Counted from the stretch's first letter, positions 19,426-29,447 are shown. The stretch is 64,000 nucleotides of DNA from Nitrososphaerota archaeon (GCA_040290255.1 PSMU01000002.1:160001-224000); one strand, 5' to 3'. Numbers and translations are program-made. Notes: generated from the letters alone by a model not told the origin.

Positions 19426-20646
19426 CTACGCTGAGGCCTTGATGTAGCCTTCGCGGAGCAGGAGGGCCGCCAGGTAGTCGGCGAAGGAAAGCGAGCTGGT
19501 GAGCGCTGGCGATATCGCGTTGAGCACGTGCACGGAGTGCGAAGATGTGAGCAGCACCGGCTCGTCCATGAGCCTGCCATGCCTGTCGAGCAGCTGTGGC
19601 CTTATGCCCGCCGGCCCCCTGGCCAGCATCTCGGGCCTGAGGCTGGGCACGAGCCTCTTGGCCCTGGCGCAGAAGAGCGTCCTGGATAGAGAGGATAGCA
19701 GCTCCCTTGCCAGAAGCGAGAGGTTGCGAGGCCTCCAGGCCAGCCGGGCCACCTCCTGAGCCTTGAGCAGGCGGGCCGCCTCTCCCGGCCTCACGGCGCG
19801 CCACTCATAGGCTTCAAGCCCCAGGCTGGGCACGGCGTTGGGCCCCACCAGCACCTGGCCATCCGTGCGCTTAGTGAGGTGTATTCCAAGGAAGGGGTAT
19901 GAGAGGTCCGGCGCCGGATAGATGGCCGAGCGCACCAAGAAGCTATACGGCTTGCTTAATAGATAATATTCGCCCCTGAAGGGCATAACCGCATAGGGGG
20001 GGTTAAGGCCCGCCAGCCTGGCTACATGAAGGGCATGCGCCCCCGCGCAGTTCACCAACAGGCGGGCCCTGAGGGGTCCCCTGGTGGTCTCAAGCAGCAA
20101 GCCCTCGTGCTCCTTTACCGAAAGAAGCCGGGCGCCAAAGAGGTACCTGACCCCATGCGCCCTTGAGTCCTCGAAGAGCGCCCCGACGTATGCCTCGGGC
20201 TGCAGCACGGCATCCTCGGGAGCATACAGGCCCGCCAGGCCTCTAACGTGAGGCTCAAGCCCCTTAAGCTCCCTGCCTTCCACGAAGGCCACGGCCACGC
20301 CATTTGCACGGGCCCTCCTCTCCAACTCCTTCAGAACCATCAGCCCGCGCTCCTCCGTGGCCACGACCAGCGTGCCCCCCTCCCGGAGGGGGACTCCCCT
20401 CTCCCTGCAGTAGGCCTTGAGCCGCCTGGCGCCGCTCACGCAGAGCCGGGCTCGCAGTCCTCCTGGCCTGAGGTGGAAGCCCGAGTGTATGACGCCGCTA
20501 TTTCGGCCGCTGGCATGCTGGCCAGGCCTCGCCTCCTTTTCCAAGACGACGATTCGCTCCCCCGGCATCCTGAGGGAGAGCGCCCTGGCCAGCGCGCACC
20601 CTATTACGCCCGCCCCCACGATGGCCACGTCGTACTGCTCACCCAT
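19426..20646 (-). CDS. lhgO: L-2-hydroxyglutarate oxidase-like FAD oxidoreductase
   Basis: GAGVIG, HASGRNSGVIHSG, PFRGEY, PFLGIHLT, SPALTSS; start ATG 20646. Confidence 0.85.
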   Translation of the reverse strand: MGEQYDVAIVGAGVIGCALARALSLRMPGERIVVLEKEARPGQHASGRNSGVIHSGFHLRPGGLRARLCVSGARRLKAYCRERGVPLREGGTLVVATEERGLMVLKELERRARANGVAVAFVEGRELKGLEPHVRGLAGLYAPEDAVLQPEAYVGALFEDSRAHGVRYLFGARLLSVKEHEGLLLETTRGPLRARLLVNCAGAHALHVARLAGLNPPYAVMPFRGEYYLLSKPYSFLVRSAIYPAPDLSYPFLGIHLTKRTDGQVLVGPNAVPSLGLEAYEWRAVRPGEAARLLKAQEVARLAWRPRNLSLLARELLSSLSRTLFCARAKRLVPSLRPEMLARGPAGIRPQLLDRHGRLMDEPVLLTSSHSVHVLNAISPALTSSLSFADYLAALLLREGYIKASA

Positions 20647-21559
20647 AGGGCTCCTCCCAATACCTCTCGTGAAGGTAGTGGTGGGCCGCATCCGGCAAAA
20701 CGGTCACCAACACCCCAGAACTGAGCTCCGAGGCCACGCGCAGGGCGGCGGCCACGTTCGCGCCCGACGAGGTCCCCACGAGCAGGCCCTCCTCCCTGGC
20801 CAACCTCCTGACCATGGCCTGGGCCTCCTTCGTGCTCACCTGCAGCACGCGATCCGCCAGCGAAGGGTCGTAGATGGCGGGCCTGAGGGAGCTGGACATA
20901 TGCTTTAGCCCCTCGATGCCGTGCAGTGGCTCTGAGGGCTGAACCTCGACGAGCCTTATGGCCCTATCGTGCTGCTTAAGCCTCCTCCCCACCCCCATCA
21001 GCGTGCCCGAGGTGCCCACGCCCGCGATAAAGTGCGTCAGCTTGCCGCCGGTCTGAGAGATTATTTCAGGCCCCGTGCCATCGTAGTGGGCCCTCCAGTT
21101 GGCCTCGTTCGAATATTGGTCCCCGTAAAAGTACCTCTTCGGCTCGGCCTCGTAGAGCTGCCGAGCAAGCTTAATGGCTCCATCGGAGCCCTCGAGCGGG
21201 TCGCTGAGCACGACCTCGGCGCCCAAGGCCCTTAAGATGCGCCTCTTGGCCTCGCTTGCATTGGAGGGGATGACGAGCTTGACCCTGTAGCCCTTGGCCG
21301 CCCCTATAAGCGCGTACGCTATGCCCGCGTTGCCCGAGCTGGCGTCGAGGATGACCTTATCGCGCGTAAGAAGTCCCTGCCGCTCCGCCTCGCTTATTAT
21401 CCTGAACACGGGCCTATCCTTGACGGAGCCGCCCGGGTTGTACCACTCGGCCTTGGCGAAGATAAGGACGCCCTGCCTGGGCTCCAGCCTGCGCAGCCTC
21501 AGCAGCGGCGTGTTCCCGATGAGCGAAAGCAGCTGCGGAGCGACATTCCTTATGGACAA
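20639..21559 (-). CDS. PLP-dependent cysteine synthase family protein (CysM-like)
   Basis: IGNTPL, NPGGSVKDR, SSGNAG, GTSGT, GIEGL. Confidence 0.9.
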   Translation of the reverse strand: MSIRNVAPQLLSLIGNTPLLRLRRLEPRQGVLIFAKAEWYNPGGSVKDRPVFRIISEAERQGLLTRDKVILDASSGNAGIAYALIGAAKGYRVKLVIPSNASEAKRRILRALGAEVVLSDPLEGSDGAIKLARQLYEAEPKRYFYGDQYSNEANWRAHYDGTGPEIISQTGGKLTHFIAGVGTSGTLMGVGRRLKQHDRAIRLVEVQPSEPLHGIEGLKHMSSSLRPAIYDPSLADRVLQVSTKEAQAMVRRLAREEGLLVGTSSGANVAAALRVASELSSGVLVTVLPDAAHHYLHERYWEEPYG

Positions 21560-21636
21560 GGGTCTCCCGGGCCAGCGCCGCTCGGCTCATAAGTTTTAAC
21601 GCCTGAGCTTTAAGAGGGGGCGCGCCAGGCCCGTGA

Positions 21637-23160
21637 GTGGCGCGGCAAGCCGCGAGGGGCGCATCGCTGCTCCTCCTCCTGCAGGCCCTGCGCGGGATAT
21701 CCTCCGTGATCTTCTTCGCGCTGGCCGCAAGGCTGCTGCCCAGGATAGAGGACTATGGCCAGCTCTCGGCGCTGACGCTGGTGTACAACCTGTATGGCCT
21801 CGCCTGTGGCTTAGGCCTTCCGGCCGCGGAGACCTACTATATGGCCCAGGCGCTGGGCCAAGGGCAAGCGGCCGAAGCCGCGGCCGTGCTCAGGCTAGGC
21901 CTATCGTTGGGCCTTGGCGTCAGCCTCGCGGCCGCGGCGCTGAACGCGCTCCTAGCCCTGCCCCTGGCGGCTTTTCTCCTGGGCGACCCGGGCGCAGCGC
22001 CGCTGATAGGGCTGCTCAGCCTGAGCCTCGTGCCCAGCTCGCTCTCTGGCCACCTCTATGCCGCGCTCAGGGCGCAGCGCCGCTTCCCTGAGGCCACCTC
22101 GATAGAGGCCATCGGTGTAAGCATTAGGAACGTGGGCGGCGTGCTGCTGCTGTGGCGGCTTGGACTGGCGGGCGCCCCGCTTGGGTGGGCGTTGGGGGAT
22201 GCCTGCCGATTCGTGCTTTACCTGTGGAGGACGGGGCCGCTCTTAACGCGGCGTGACCAGGCCTTCGGCGCCACAAGGCTGCTGTCCTATGCGGCCGCGC
22301 CTTACGCGAACGACCTGGTCAGCTACGTATATGGCAGCGTTGACAGGGTCCTGCTGCTGAAGCTCCTCGGGAGCAGGCCGCTGGGCCTCTATACGCCCGC
22401 GGTCACGGCGGCGCTGCTCGTCTCCAACCTCGTAGCGGCCATGGGCGATGCCCTTTTTCCCGAGCTTTCGACAAGGGCGGGCAGGGGCGATGCCAAAGGC
22501 ATGGCCAGGGTCAGCCGGCTGGCCTCCCGCTACCTGGGCCTGGGCGCCGTGCCGGCCATGATAGGGCTCGCAAGCGTCGCAACGCCCACGGTGACGCTCT
22601 TCGCAGGCCTGAGATACGAAGCCTCGGCGCCCGTATTGGCCATGGTGGCGCTGAGCCTGAGCCTCACCACCCAGGCCCTGATAGCCGGCTCCCTCTCCTT
22701 ATCGCTCGGCCTTCCCCGGTTCATCCTTTACTCGACGCTCCTGGGCTCCGCGCTGCAGGCGGCGCTCTCGCTGGCGCTGATCCCCTGGCTCTCGCTCTCC
22801 GGCGCGGCCCTGGCCAGAGCCCTTTCGGCCCTGGGCTCGTTCCTGGCCCTTCTCATGCTCCTGGCCCGCCGGTGGCCGGTGCTGCAGAGCATCGATTGGG
22901 GTTCCCTGGCCAAGGCCTATATCGCCTCGATCCCCTGCTCGTTGGCGGCGCTGGGCCTGCAGCTGCTCTATTACGGTAGGTATCTCCTGCCGGCCTACAT
23001 TTCGGCGGGCCTGGTGGCCTATCTGTTAGCCCTCAGGTCGCTGAGGGTCTGGAGGGAGGAGGATGGGAGGCTGCTGCGGGAGCTGGTGGGGGCCAGGGCC
23101 TGGCGCTTCGCCCGGCCCCTGAGGCTCCTCGCGGGGCTTGCCCACGATCAAAAGGGCTAG
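21637..23160 (+). CDS. Oligosaccharide flippase (Wzx/MOP family)
   Basis: About 14 TM; EDYG, VDRVLL...LGLYT, LFPELS. Confidence 0.8.
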   Translation: MARQAARGASLLLLLQALRGISSVIFFALAARLLPRIEDYGQLSALTLVYNLYGLACGLGLPAAETYYMAQALGQGQAAEAAAVLRLGLSLGLGVSLAAAALNALLALPLAAFLLGDPGAAPLIGLLSLSLVPSSLSGHLYAALRAQRRFPEATSIEAIGVSIRNVGGVLLLWRLGLAGAPLGWALGDACRFVLYLWRTGPLLTRRDQAFGATRLLSYAAAPYANDLVSYVYGSVDRVLLLKLLGSRPLGLYTPAVTAALLVSNLVAAMGDALFPELSTRAGRGDAKGMARVSRLASRYLGLGAVPAMIGLASVATPTVTLFAGLRYEASAPVLAMVALSLSLTTQALIAGSLSLSLGLPRFILYSTLLGSALQAALSLALIPWLSLSGAALARALSALGSFLALLMLLARRWPVLQSIDWGSLAKAYIASIPCSLAALGLQLLYYGRYLLPAYISAGLVAYLLALRSLRVWREEDGRLLRELVGARAWRFARPLRLLAGLAHDQKG

Positions 23161-23447
23161 GGGGAAGTATGGACGTGTATGACGCCGATGATCGAGTGCG
23201 CGCTCATGAAGAGCAGGATGACAACGCCGGCTAGGCCGAAGAGCTCAAAGGAGGACAGCGGCCGGGGCTCGGCTATCAGGTGCTGGAAGAAGAGCGCGAT
23301 CATCGCGGCCTTCACGAAGGCGAGGCCGATCAGGGAGGCCACGAGCAGCTCATAGCTGAGCTGAAGGGGAATGGTCACCAGGTACACCTCGGCCAAGGTC
23401 ACCCCTATCAGCACGGCGTACACCAGCACGTAATCCAGCACCCTCAT
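23157..23447 (-). CDS. Heme-copper oxidase subunit IV
   Basis: LAFVKAAMIALFFQHL; 3 TM; directly downstream of subunit I/III. Confidence 0.85.
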   Translation of the reverse strand: MRVLDYVLVYAVLIGVTLAEVYLVTIPLQLSYELLVASLIGLAFVKAAMIALFFQHLIAEPRPLSSFELFGLAGVVILLFMSAHSIIGVIHVHTSP

Positions 23448-23449
23448 GG

Positions 23450-25801
23450 CTAGATCAGGTAGAAGAGCGGGAAGAGGAAGACCCAGACGATGTCCACGAA
23501 GTGCCAGTAGAGGCCAAAGTACTCGATGGTGTGGTGGTTCTCCCGGCCATATGCGCCCTTGATGGCTCTGGCGATCAGGAAGCCGAGCACCACCAGGCCC
23601 GCCAGCACGTGGGCCCCGTGGGCGCCCGTCGTGACGAAATATGTGGAGGCCGGGAGGCCGCTGGAGAATGTGAAGCCCTTAAACAAGAGCTCGGTCCACT
23701 CAAAGTACTTATTGATGAGGAAGAGCGCGCCGAGGACGAGCGTGGCAGCCAGGCTCGCGATGACCCCCTTCCTGTTATCCGTCTTCGCCAGCGCCAGGGC
23801 CAAAACGGCGGTGAGGCTGCTGGTGAGCAGGATGAAGGTGTTGAGCGCGCCTATGTACAGGTCGTGCACGGTGGGGCCCGGCGGCCAGCTCACGCTCGCG
23901 AGCCTCACGAAGAGGTAGCTGCTGATGAAGGTGCCGAAGAGCACGACCTCTGAGGCCAGGAAGATCCACATGCCCAGCTTGACGCGCTCGACCCTCTCAA
24001 AGGGCCACCGCTCCCCCTCGGGCTCCTCCCTCGCGATGAACCTCTCCCTGAGCCATCCCGAAGCAGCCACGAGGGCCAGGATTAGGCCCAGCGCCATGAT
24101 GGGCACGGAGACAAAGACGACGCCGGCCAAACCCACAAAGGCCGCGAGGGCCAGCAGCGGGGGCCACCGGCTTAGATGCGTCTCCTCCAGCTGCACGAGC
24201 TCGGCATGCACCGCGCCATTAGCGCGCGTGAGCATCGGGCCCTGAGGCGTAAAGATGGGGGGAAGGTCGAAGTCGTGCAGCGGGGGAGGCGAGGGCAGCT
24301 GCCACTCCAGCGTGGCGGCGCCCCAGGGGTTCGGCCCCGCCTGCGCGCCATGCCTTAGGCTATAGATGAAGTTGGCAAAGAGCAGGAGCTGGGCGGGGCC
24401 GAAGAGAAGGCCTCCAAGCGTGGCTAGATAATTCCAGGTGGCCCAGCCCATATCGGGCGAGTAGACGCCGATCCTCCTCGGCATATCGTAGAGGAAGAAC
24501 ATGGGGAAATACAGGAGGTTGAACCCCACCATGGAGAGGGCGAAGTGGAGCTTGCCCAGCCTTTCGCTGTACATGCGGCCCGTCATCTTGGGGTACCAGT
24601 AGTAGAGGCCGGCGAAGAGGCCCAGCAACGCGCCGCCGGCCATCACGTAATGAAAGTGAGCCACCACGAAGTAGCTTCCCCTGAGCGCGTAGTCCAGAGG
24701 CACGGAGCCCAGGAAGACGCCCGTGATGCCTCCGATTATGAAGATGGCTATCGTGCCCAGCGCGAAGAGCATGGGCGTGGTGAGCCTTATCCTCCCCCTC
24801 GCGAGCGTGTAGATCATTGAGAGGACCATCGCATCGAAGGGAAGCGAGATGCCGATCGTCGTGATGATGAAGGCCTTGAGCACGGCTTCGTTGATGCCCG
24901 TGTTGAACATGTGGTGACCCCAGACAAGGAAGCTCTGCAGGGCGACGAGCGCCATAGAGCCCATTATGTACTTGCGGCCGAAGAGCGGCCTGCCCGCAAA
25001 TGTGGGCAGGATGTCACAGATGACGCCGAAGGCCGGGAAGAGCACGATGTAGACCTCCGGATGGCCGAAGAACCAGAAGAGGTGAGCCCAGAGGATGGCG
25101 CCGCCCTCGGGAGATGTGAAGTAGAGCGTGCCGAGGAGCCTGTCCGAGGTCAGCAGCAGCAGCGCGGCGATGAGGGGAGGAAAGGCGAAGAGCATCATGA
25201 GTACCGTCATCAGGATGCCCCACGTGAACATGGGGAGCTGCCTCAGCTTAAGGCCCCTGGCCCTGGAGCGCAGGATGGTCACGAGGAAGTTCACCGTGGA
25301 CATCGTCACCGAGGCGGCCAGCATCACCACACCTAGCCCTCCGGCCTGGAGGCCCACATACGGAAGGAAGCGCGCGGTGGTGAGCGGCGCGTACAACGTC
25401 CACCCCGCCGCGAAGCCCCCTCCCACGAAGAAGTTGAGCAGCACCAGGTTTCCCCCGAAGAGGTAGAACCAGTAGCTGAGGGCATTGAGCCTGGGGTACG
25501 CGAGGTCCCTGGCCCCTATCTGAAGGGGCACTATATAATTGGCCAGCGCAAAGGCCAGCGGGGAGACCACGAAGAGGATCATCAGTATGCCGTGCGCGGA
25601 GACGGCCTCGTTGTAGGCGTTCAGCGATAGCAGGTTATTGTTGGGCTGGGCCAGCTGCGCCCTTATCAGCAGGCCCAGGGCCCCGGCGACGAGCAGAAAG
25701 TATAGCGAGGTGGCCAGGTAGAGTATGCCTATGTCCTTATGGTTCGTGGTGAAGAGCCACCTCCTGAGGGAGGTGTAGGGGGGCAGTGGGTCGCCCGGCA
25801 C
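23450..25801 (-). CDS. A1-type heme-copper oxidase, subunit I + III fusion
   Basis: TNHKDIG, GWTLY, WFFGHPEVY, WGHH, AHFH, PRR; C-terminal FLASE, HGAHV, YWHFVD. Confidence 0.95.
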   Translation of the reverse strand: MPGDPLPPYTSLRRWLFTTNHKDIGILYLATSLYFLLVAGALGLLIRAQLAQPNNNLLSLNAYNEAVSAHGILMILFVVSPLAFALANYIVPLQIGARDLAYPRLNALSYWFYLFGGNLVLLNFFVGGGFAAGWTLYAPLTTARFLPYVGLQAGGLGVVMLAASVTMSTVNFLVTILRSRARGLKLRQLPMFTWGILMTVLMMLFAFPPLIAALLLLTSDRLLGTLYFTSPEGGAILWAHLFWFFGHPEVYIVLFPAFGVICDILPTFAGRPLFGRKYIMGSMALVALQSFLVWGHHMFNTGINEAVLKAFIITTIGISLPFDAMVLSMIYTLARGRIRLTTPMLFALGTIAIFIIGGITGVFLGSVPLDYALRGSYFVVAHFHYVMAGGALLGLFAGLYYWYPKMTGRMYSERLGKLHFALSMVGFNLLYFPMFFLYDMPRRIGVYSPDMGWATWNYLATLGGLLFGPAQLLLFANFIYSLRHGAQAGPNPWGAATLEWQLPSPPPLHDFDLPPIFTPQGPMLTRANGAVHAELVQLEETHLSRWPPLLALAAFVGLAGVVFVSVPIMALGLILALVAASGWLRERFIAREEPEGERWPFERVERVKLGMWIFLASEVVLFGTFISSYLFVRLASVSWPPGPTVHDLYIGALNTFILLTSSLTAVLALALAKTDNRKGVIASLAATLVLGALFLINKYFEWTELLFKGFTFSSGLPASTYFVTTGAHGAHVLAGLVVLGFLIARAIKGAYGRENHHTIEYFGLYWHFVDIVWVFLFPLFYLI

Positions 25802-25872
25802 GCCCGTCGGAGGGGTCAGGTTATATTAAAGCTTGGCCCTAACATCTGAGGCCGCCCTTTAAGCAGCAGAGC

Positions 25873-26502
25873 TCAACCGGCGCGAGTAAGGTTTAGGCTT
25901 GAATACCACCTATCAAAGGCGGCCCCGTCCACGACGGTGACGACGGCCTTCATCAGCGCATGGCCGACGCCGCAGAGCTCGAAGCACTGTACGTGGTAGA
26001 CCCCCGTCTGGTTGGCCACGAACCAGATCCTGTTGACTTGGCCAGGTATGGCATCGATGGCCGCGCTGCCGAACTCTATAATGGCGAACTTATGGTATAC
26101 ATCTTGGCTCGTCACGTTCAGGACGATGGGCCGCCCGGCGGGAAGCGTGAGGTTGCCTATGCTGCTGAAGCCGTTGGGGTAGATGAACCTCCAGCCGAAC
26201 TGAAAGCCTATGACCTGCACGTTGAAGGCCTCCCCAGGAGGAGGAAGGGTGTTAAGGTACTCCAGCCTATCGACCGAGAGCGAGATCAGAGAAACGACCA
26301 CCAGCGTGCTCAGCGCCATCGAGAGAAGGAGCTCCCTCCCTTCCCTTGCATGGGGCTGTGAGGATCCCTGAGCCCTGGAGGCCCTATACCTCCAGATGAG
26401 GTAGATCATGTAGCCTATGACCACGGCGCCGACGAGCGTGCCCAACACCGTGAATAGGAAGAAGAGCTGGGAGAAGACCTCGGCCGAAGTCGAGACGGCC
26501 AT
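25873..26502 (-). CDS. Heme-copper oxidase subunit II with CuA site
   Basis: Two TM, QFGWRF, DVYH, CFELCGVGHALM. Confidence 0.93.
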   Translation of the reverse strand: MAVSTSAEVFSQLFFLFTVLGTLVGAVVIGYMIYLIWRYRASRAQGSSQPHAREGRELLLSMALSTLVVVSLISLSVDRLEYLNTLPPPGEAFNVQVIGFQFGWRFIYPNGFSSIGNLTLPAGRPIVLNVTSQDVYHKFAIIEFGSAAIDAIPGQVNRIWFVANQTGVYHVQCFELCGVGHALMKAVVTVVDGAAFDRWYSSLNLTRAG

Positions 26503-26639
26503 CCGCCTCGCGCCCGTGCTGCGAGCTTTTAGGCTTTATGGGTTTACCTCCTGGCTTCTCTTCACCTCAGGGACTCGGAGCCCTGTGGAGCGGGCTGCGA
26601 GGAGAAACAGGTGAGTAAAGGCCTGCTGGATCGAAGGGA

Positions 26640-26830
26640 TGATATCATGGCTTCAAGGGCGCTCCTCCTGCAGGGGTTGCAGTAGCCCCTGCGCCGGACT
26701 TGAGCGTTGTGCCCGTGGTGTGTCTGTAAATGATCATGAGGCTCCTCTGAAACTGCTTCTAGATGCCCGCGTATGAGCGCCCCTTGTGATATAGCCCAAT
26801 GGTTTCGGCGTGCTCATGGTCCGGCACCGC
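26640..26830 (-). pseudogene. Possible degraded HTH protein gene
   Basis: ETIGLYHKGRSYAGI*KQFQRSLMIIYRH, then after a frameshift HNAQVRRRGYCNPCRR; internal TAG at 26759-26761; boundaries approximate. Confidence 0.3.
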
Positions 26831-27158
26831 CGAGGATCCGGCCTTCTCAAGGTGTTCAACCTCGCCCCTGCAACCCTTATGTCCGGCTATCTGGGGAGGT
26901 CCACTTCAGGTTTCTTTTGCCATGGGGGGAGGGTGGCTGTCCCACGCTCGGGCCCGGGAGCTCCTCGTCGTCACCACGCAGGGTACCAAGGGAACGATTC
27001 AGAGGATAGGGCACGGGGGCCGAACCACGCCGACCAGCGCCGTGTGGACCCTGGCTAACGTTTGGCCCTGGCCGCGCCCACCGCAAAGATACGAAAGGCC
27101 ACGTGATGGGCTAAATATATCTGCGGAAAAGGCATCTATCGTCGGAGGTGGGTATGAG

Positions 27159-27596
27159 TTGTCGGGTAAACCCGTCAAGAACAGCGTAGAATGCTGGATA
27201 ATCCGCCGCATGGTGGATGCGGAGGATGCCGTGCTCCTCTTGCACGTGGCGGCGAGCCCTGACATTCCAACCGGTTTCTGGCAGCCCATTACGGGCGGAA
27301 TCAAGGAAGGCGAGACCTCGCGCGAGGCTTGCGTCCGGGAGATCTATGAAGAGACGTCCCTGAGGGTACGGGCTGAGGATGTCCACCAGATTCCCGGCCA
27401 CTGGGAGTTTGAGCTCCCGCACCAGGTCATTCATAAGGATGTGTATTGGGTCGAGACCCGTGAAGCGGCCATTCGGATCGCCCTAGGGGAGCACGACGAC
27501 TGGAAGTGGGTGCCCATCTCGGCGGTGGAGGCGGAGCTGTACTGGGAATCCAACCGACGCACGTGGGCGGCAGTGCGCGACTGCCTGCGGCCGTGA
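27159..27596 (+). CDS. Nudix hydrolase (NudB-like)
   Basis: FWQPITGG, Nudix box GGIKEGETSREACVREIYEETSL, EHDDWKW; TTG start after a GGAGGT Shine-Dalgarno. Confidence 0.85.
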   Translation: MSGKPVKNSVECWIIRRMVDAEDAVLLLHVAASPDIPTGFWQPITGGIKEGETSREACVREIYEETSLRVRAEDVHQIPGHWEFELPHQVIHKDVYWVETREAAIRIALGEHDDWKWVPISAVEAELYWESNRRTWAAVRDCLRP

Positions 27597-27770
27597 AACT
27601 AGAGATATAACGCTACATCACCGGCTTTGAGCGGTTTGGCGTCCGCTTTGATTTGTACGGCATGCAACCGAAGTTGGGGATCTCGTTTCCCGTCGTCTCC
27701 GGCCATTCTTCCGAATGGCGGCCCGGCCCACTGGTTTACTGGGGCTGGGCTTGGATAGCGCATTTGTCCC

Positions 27771-28220
27771 TCAACCCGAGGGGGCCTCCGGGCTCTTCTC
27801 CAGGAACCTGACCAGCGACTTTATCCTCCTCAGCGCCTCCTCGTTCAGGTAGTGCTCCACGCCCTCGACCGTTGCGTGGGCCTTGGCCTTGTCGAGCCCC
27901 AGCAGCATGAAGAACTTGACCAGGACGCCGTGCCTTTCATGTAACGCGCGGGCGACGCGCACGCCCTTGTCGGTGAGCTTGATGCCCCTGTAACGCTCGT
28001 AGGAGATCAGCTCCTGGGATTCCAGGCGCTTAAGCATCTTGCTCGCCGTGGGGGGGCTCACGTGCAGTATCTCGGCGACGTCCACGAGCCTTGCATAGCC
28101 CTTCTCCCTAAGCAGCTCGTAGAGCAGCTCCAGATAATCCTCCGCCCTGGGGGAGCGCGCCTTGGGCTTGGGCCTGTGGGCGCGCCGCAGCTCCTCCAGG
28201 CGGCCGTCACCCGCAAGCAC
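27771..28220 (-). CDS. mntR: DtxR/MntR-family metal-dependent repressor
   Basis: EDYLELLY, VSPPTASKMLKRL, YERYRGIKLT, ERH, EGVEH. Confidence 0.9.
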   Translation of the reverse strand: MLAGDGRLEELRRAHRPKPKARSPRAEDYLELLYELLREKGYARLVDVAEILHVSPPTASKMLKRLESQELISYERYRGIKLTDKGVRVARALHERHGVLVKFFMLLGLDKAKAHATVEGVEHYLNEEALRRIKSLVRFLEKSPEAPSG

Positions 28221-28274
28221 TCTTCACGGCGCTCATCGCCATGAGATATTAACCTTCCGCTTCACGCTGGGCGC

Positions 28275-28859
28275 TCAGGACGAAGGGCCCCGAACGATGA
28301 AGGGGGCCGCCATGCCCAGCTCGGCATGGCCGGGCACGGGGCAGATGTAGTAATAGGTGCCGGGCGTGGTGACCTTGAAGATGACCTCCCCCCTGGCCCC
28401 TGGCGCTAGGGGCTGGGCGGCCGAGCCTATCTCCGCGCCCTGGATGGCCAGCATGGCGCCCGTCCTGGGCTCCTTGGCCACCATGAAAGAATGCGCCGTC
28501 GAGCCCTCGTTCAAGAAGATTATCTTAACCACGTCGCCCGCCTTTACGATTATGCTGTTGTTCTGGCTGCCCTGGACGGTGAAGTAATAGTCATGGGCTA
28601 TCACCGTGAACTGAACGGTGGGCGTCGGGCCCTGGCCGGGCGGCATCAGCTGCAGTGAAAAGCTGAAGACCGAAGGCGCGAGCAGCGAAACGATCACGCC
28701 GATGAAGAGAAGGAGAAAGGTGGTCATGATGGCCCCCAGCCAAAGCCTGCCGAGCATCCAAGATGAGATGCCCACCATGACGCCCAAGAGCACCAGTAGA
28801 AGCAGGAGCTTGGCCAGCGAGCCCACCTGTAGGACGAAGGGCAAGAGGGCCTCCGGCAC
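28275..28859 (-). CDS. Membrane-anchored type 1 blue copper protein (sulfocyanin/plastocyanin-like)
   Basis: Two N-terminal TM; AHSF...YYYICPVPGHAELGM ligand set. Confidence 0.88.
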   Translation of the reverse strand: MPEALLPFVLQVGSLAKLLLLLVLLGVMVGISSWMLGRLWLGAIMTTFLLLFIGVIVSLLAPSVFSFSLQLMPPGQGPTPTVQFTVIAHDYYFTVQGSQNNSIIVKAGDVVKIIFLNEGSTAHSFMVAKEPRTGAMLAIQGAEIGSAAQPLAPGARGEVIFKVTTPGTYYYICPVPGHAELGMAAPFIVRGPSS

Positions 28860-28910
28860 GCCGCGGGGCCGACGATAGGCCTATTAGCCTTTTTCTGCAG
28901 GCCGGCCCGG

Positions 28911-29447
28911 TTGCTCCCCGAAACCTACGCGCCAGCCGAGGACACGCTCCTGTTGATCGAGGGGCTTGAACACGTGAGGGCGCAGAGGGCCCTGGAGATG
29001 GGCACGGGCCCTGGCTATGTTGCTTTGGCGCTCGCGGCCAGGGCGGGCTACGTGGTCGCCTCCGAGGTAAGCAGGGCAGCCCTCGCCAGGGCCAGGGAAG
29101 TTCTGGGCCCGGTCAGGGAGAGGACGGACTTGGTGCTCTGCGATAGGGCGCAGGCCTTTCGTGACGCCTGCTTCGACTTTATCTGCTTTAACCCCCCTTA
29201 TGTAGGGGGCGGGCCGGTGGGGGACGAAACGACCGATGCAGGCACGAGGGCTCAGGTGCCCCTCGCATTCGTGTTGGATGCCCTCAGGGCGCTGTCCGGG
29301 GGAGGGAGGGTCCTTTTCGTGCTCTCCTCGCTCACGCCCCCTGGGCCCGTGCTGCGCGCCGTGAGGAGCATGGGATTGGCCTGTTCGCCGCTTAAGGCCA
29401 AGCGGCTCTTCTTCGAACAGCTCTATCTCATGGCCGTGGAGAAGTGA
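28911..29447 (+). CDS. HemK2-like protein N5-glutamine methyltransferase
   Basis: YAPAEDTLLL, EMGTGPG, FNPPY, LFFEQL. Confidence 0.85.
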   Translation: MLPETYAPAEDTLLLIEGLEHVRAQRALEMGTGPGYVALALAARAGYVVASEVSRAALARAREVLGPVRERTDLVLCDRAQAFRDACFDFICFNPPYVGGGPVGDETTDAGTRAQVPLAFVLDALRALSGGGRVLFVLSSLTPPGPVLRAVRSMGLACSPLKAKRLFFEQLYLMAVEK

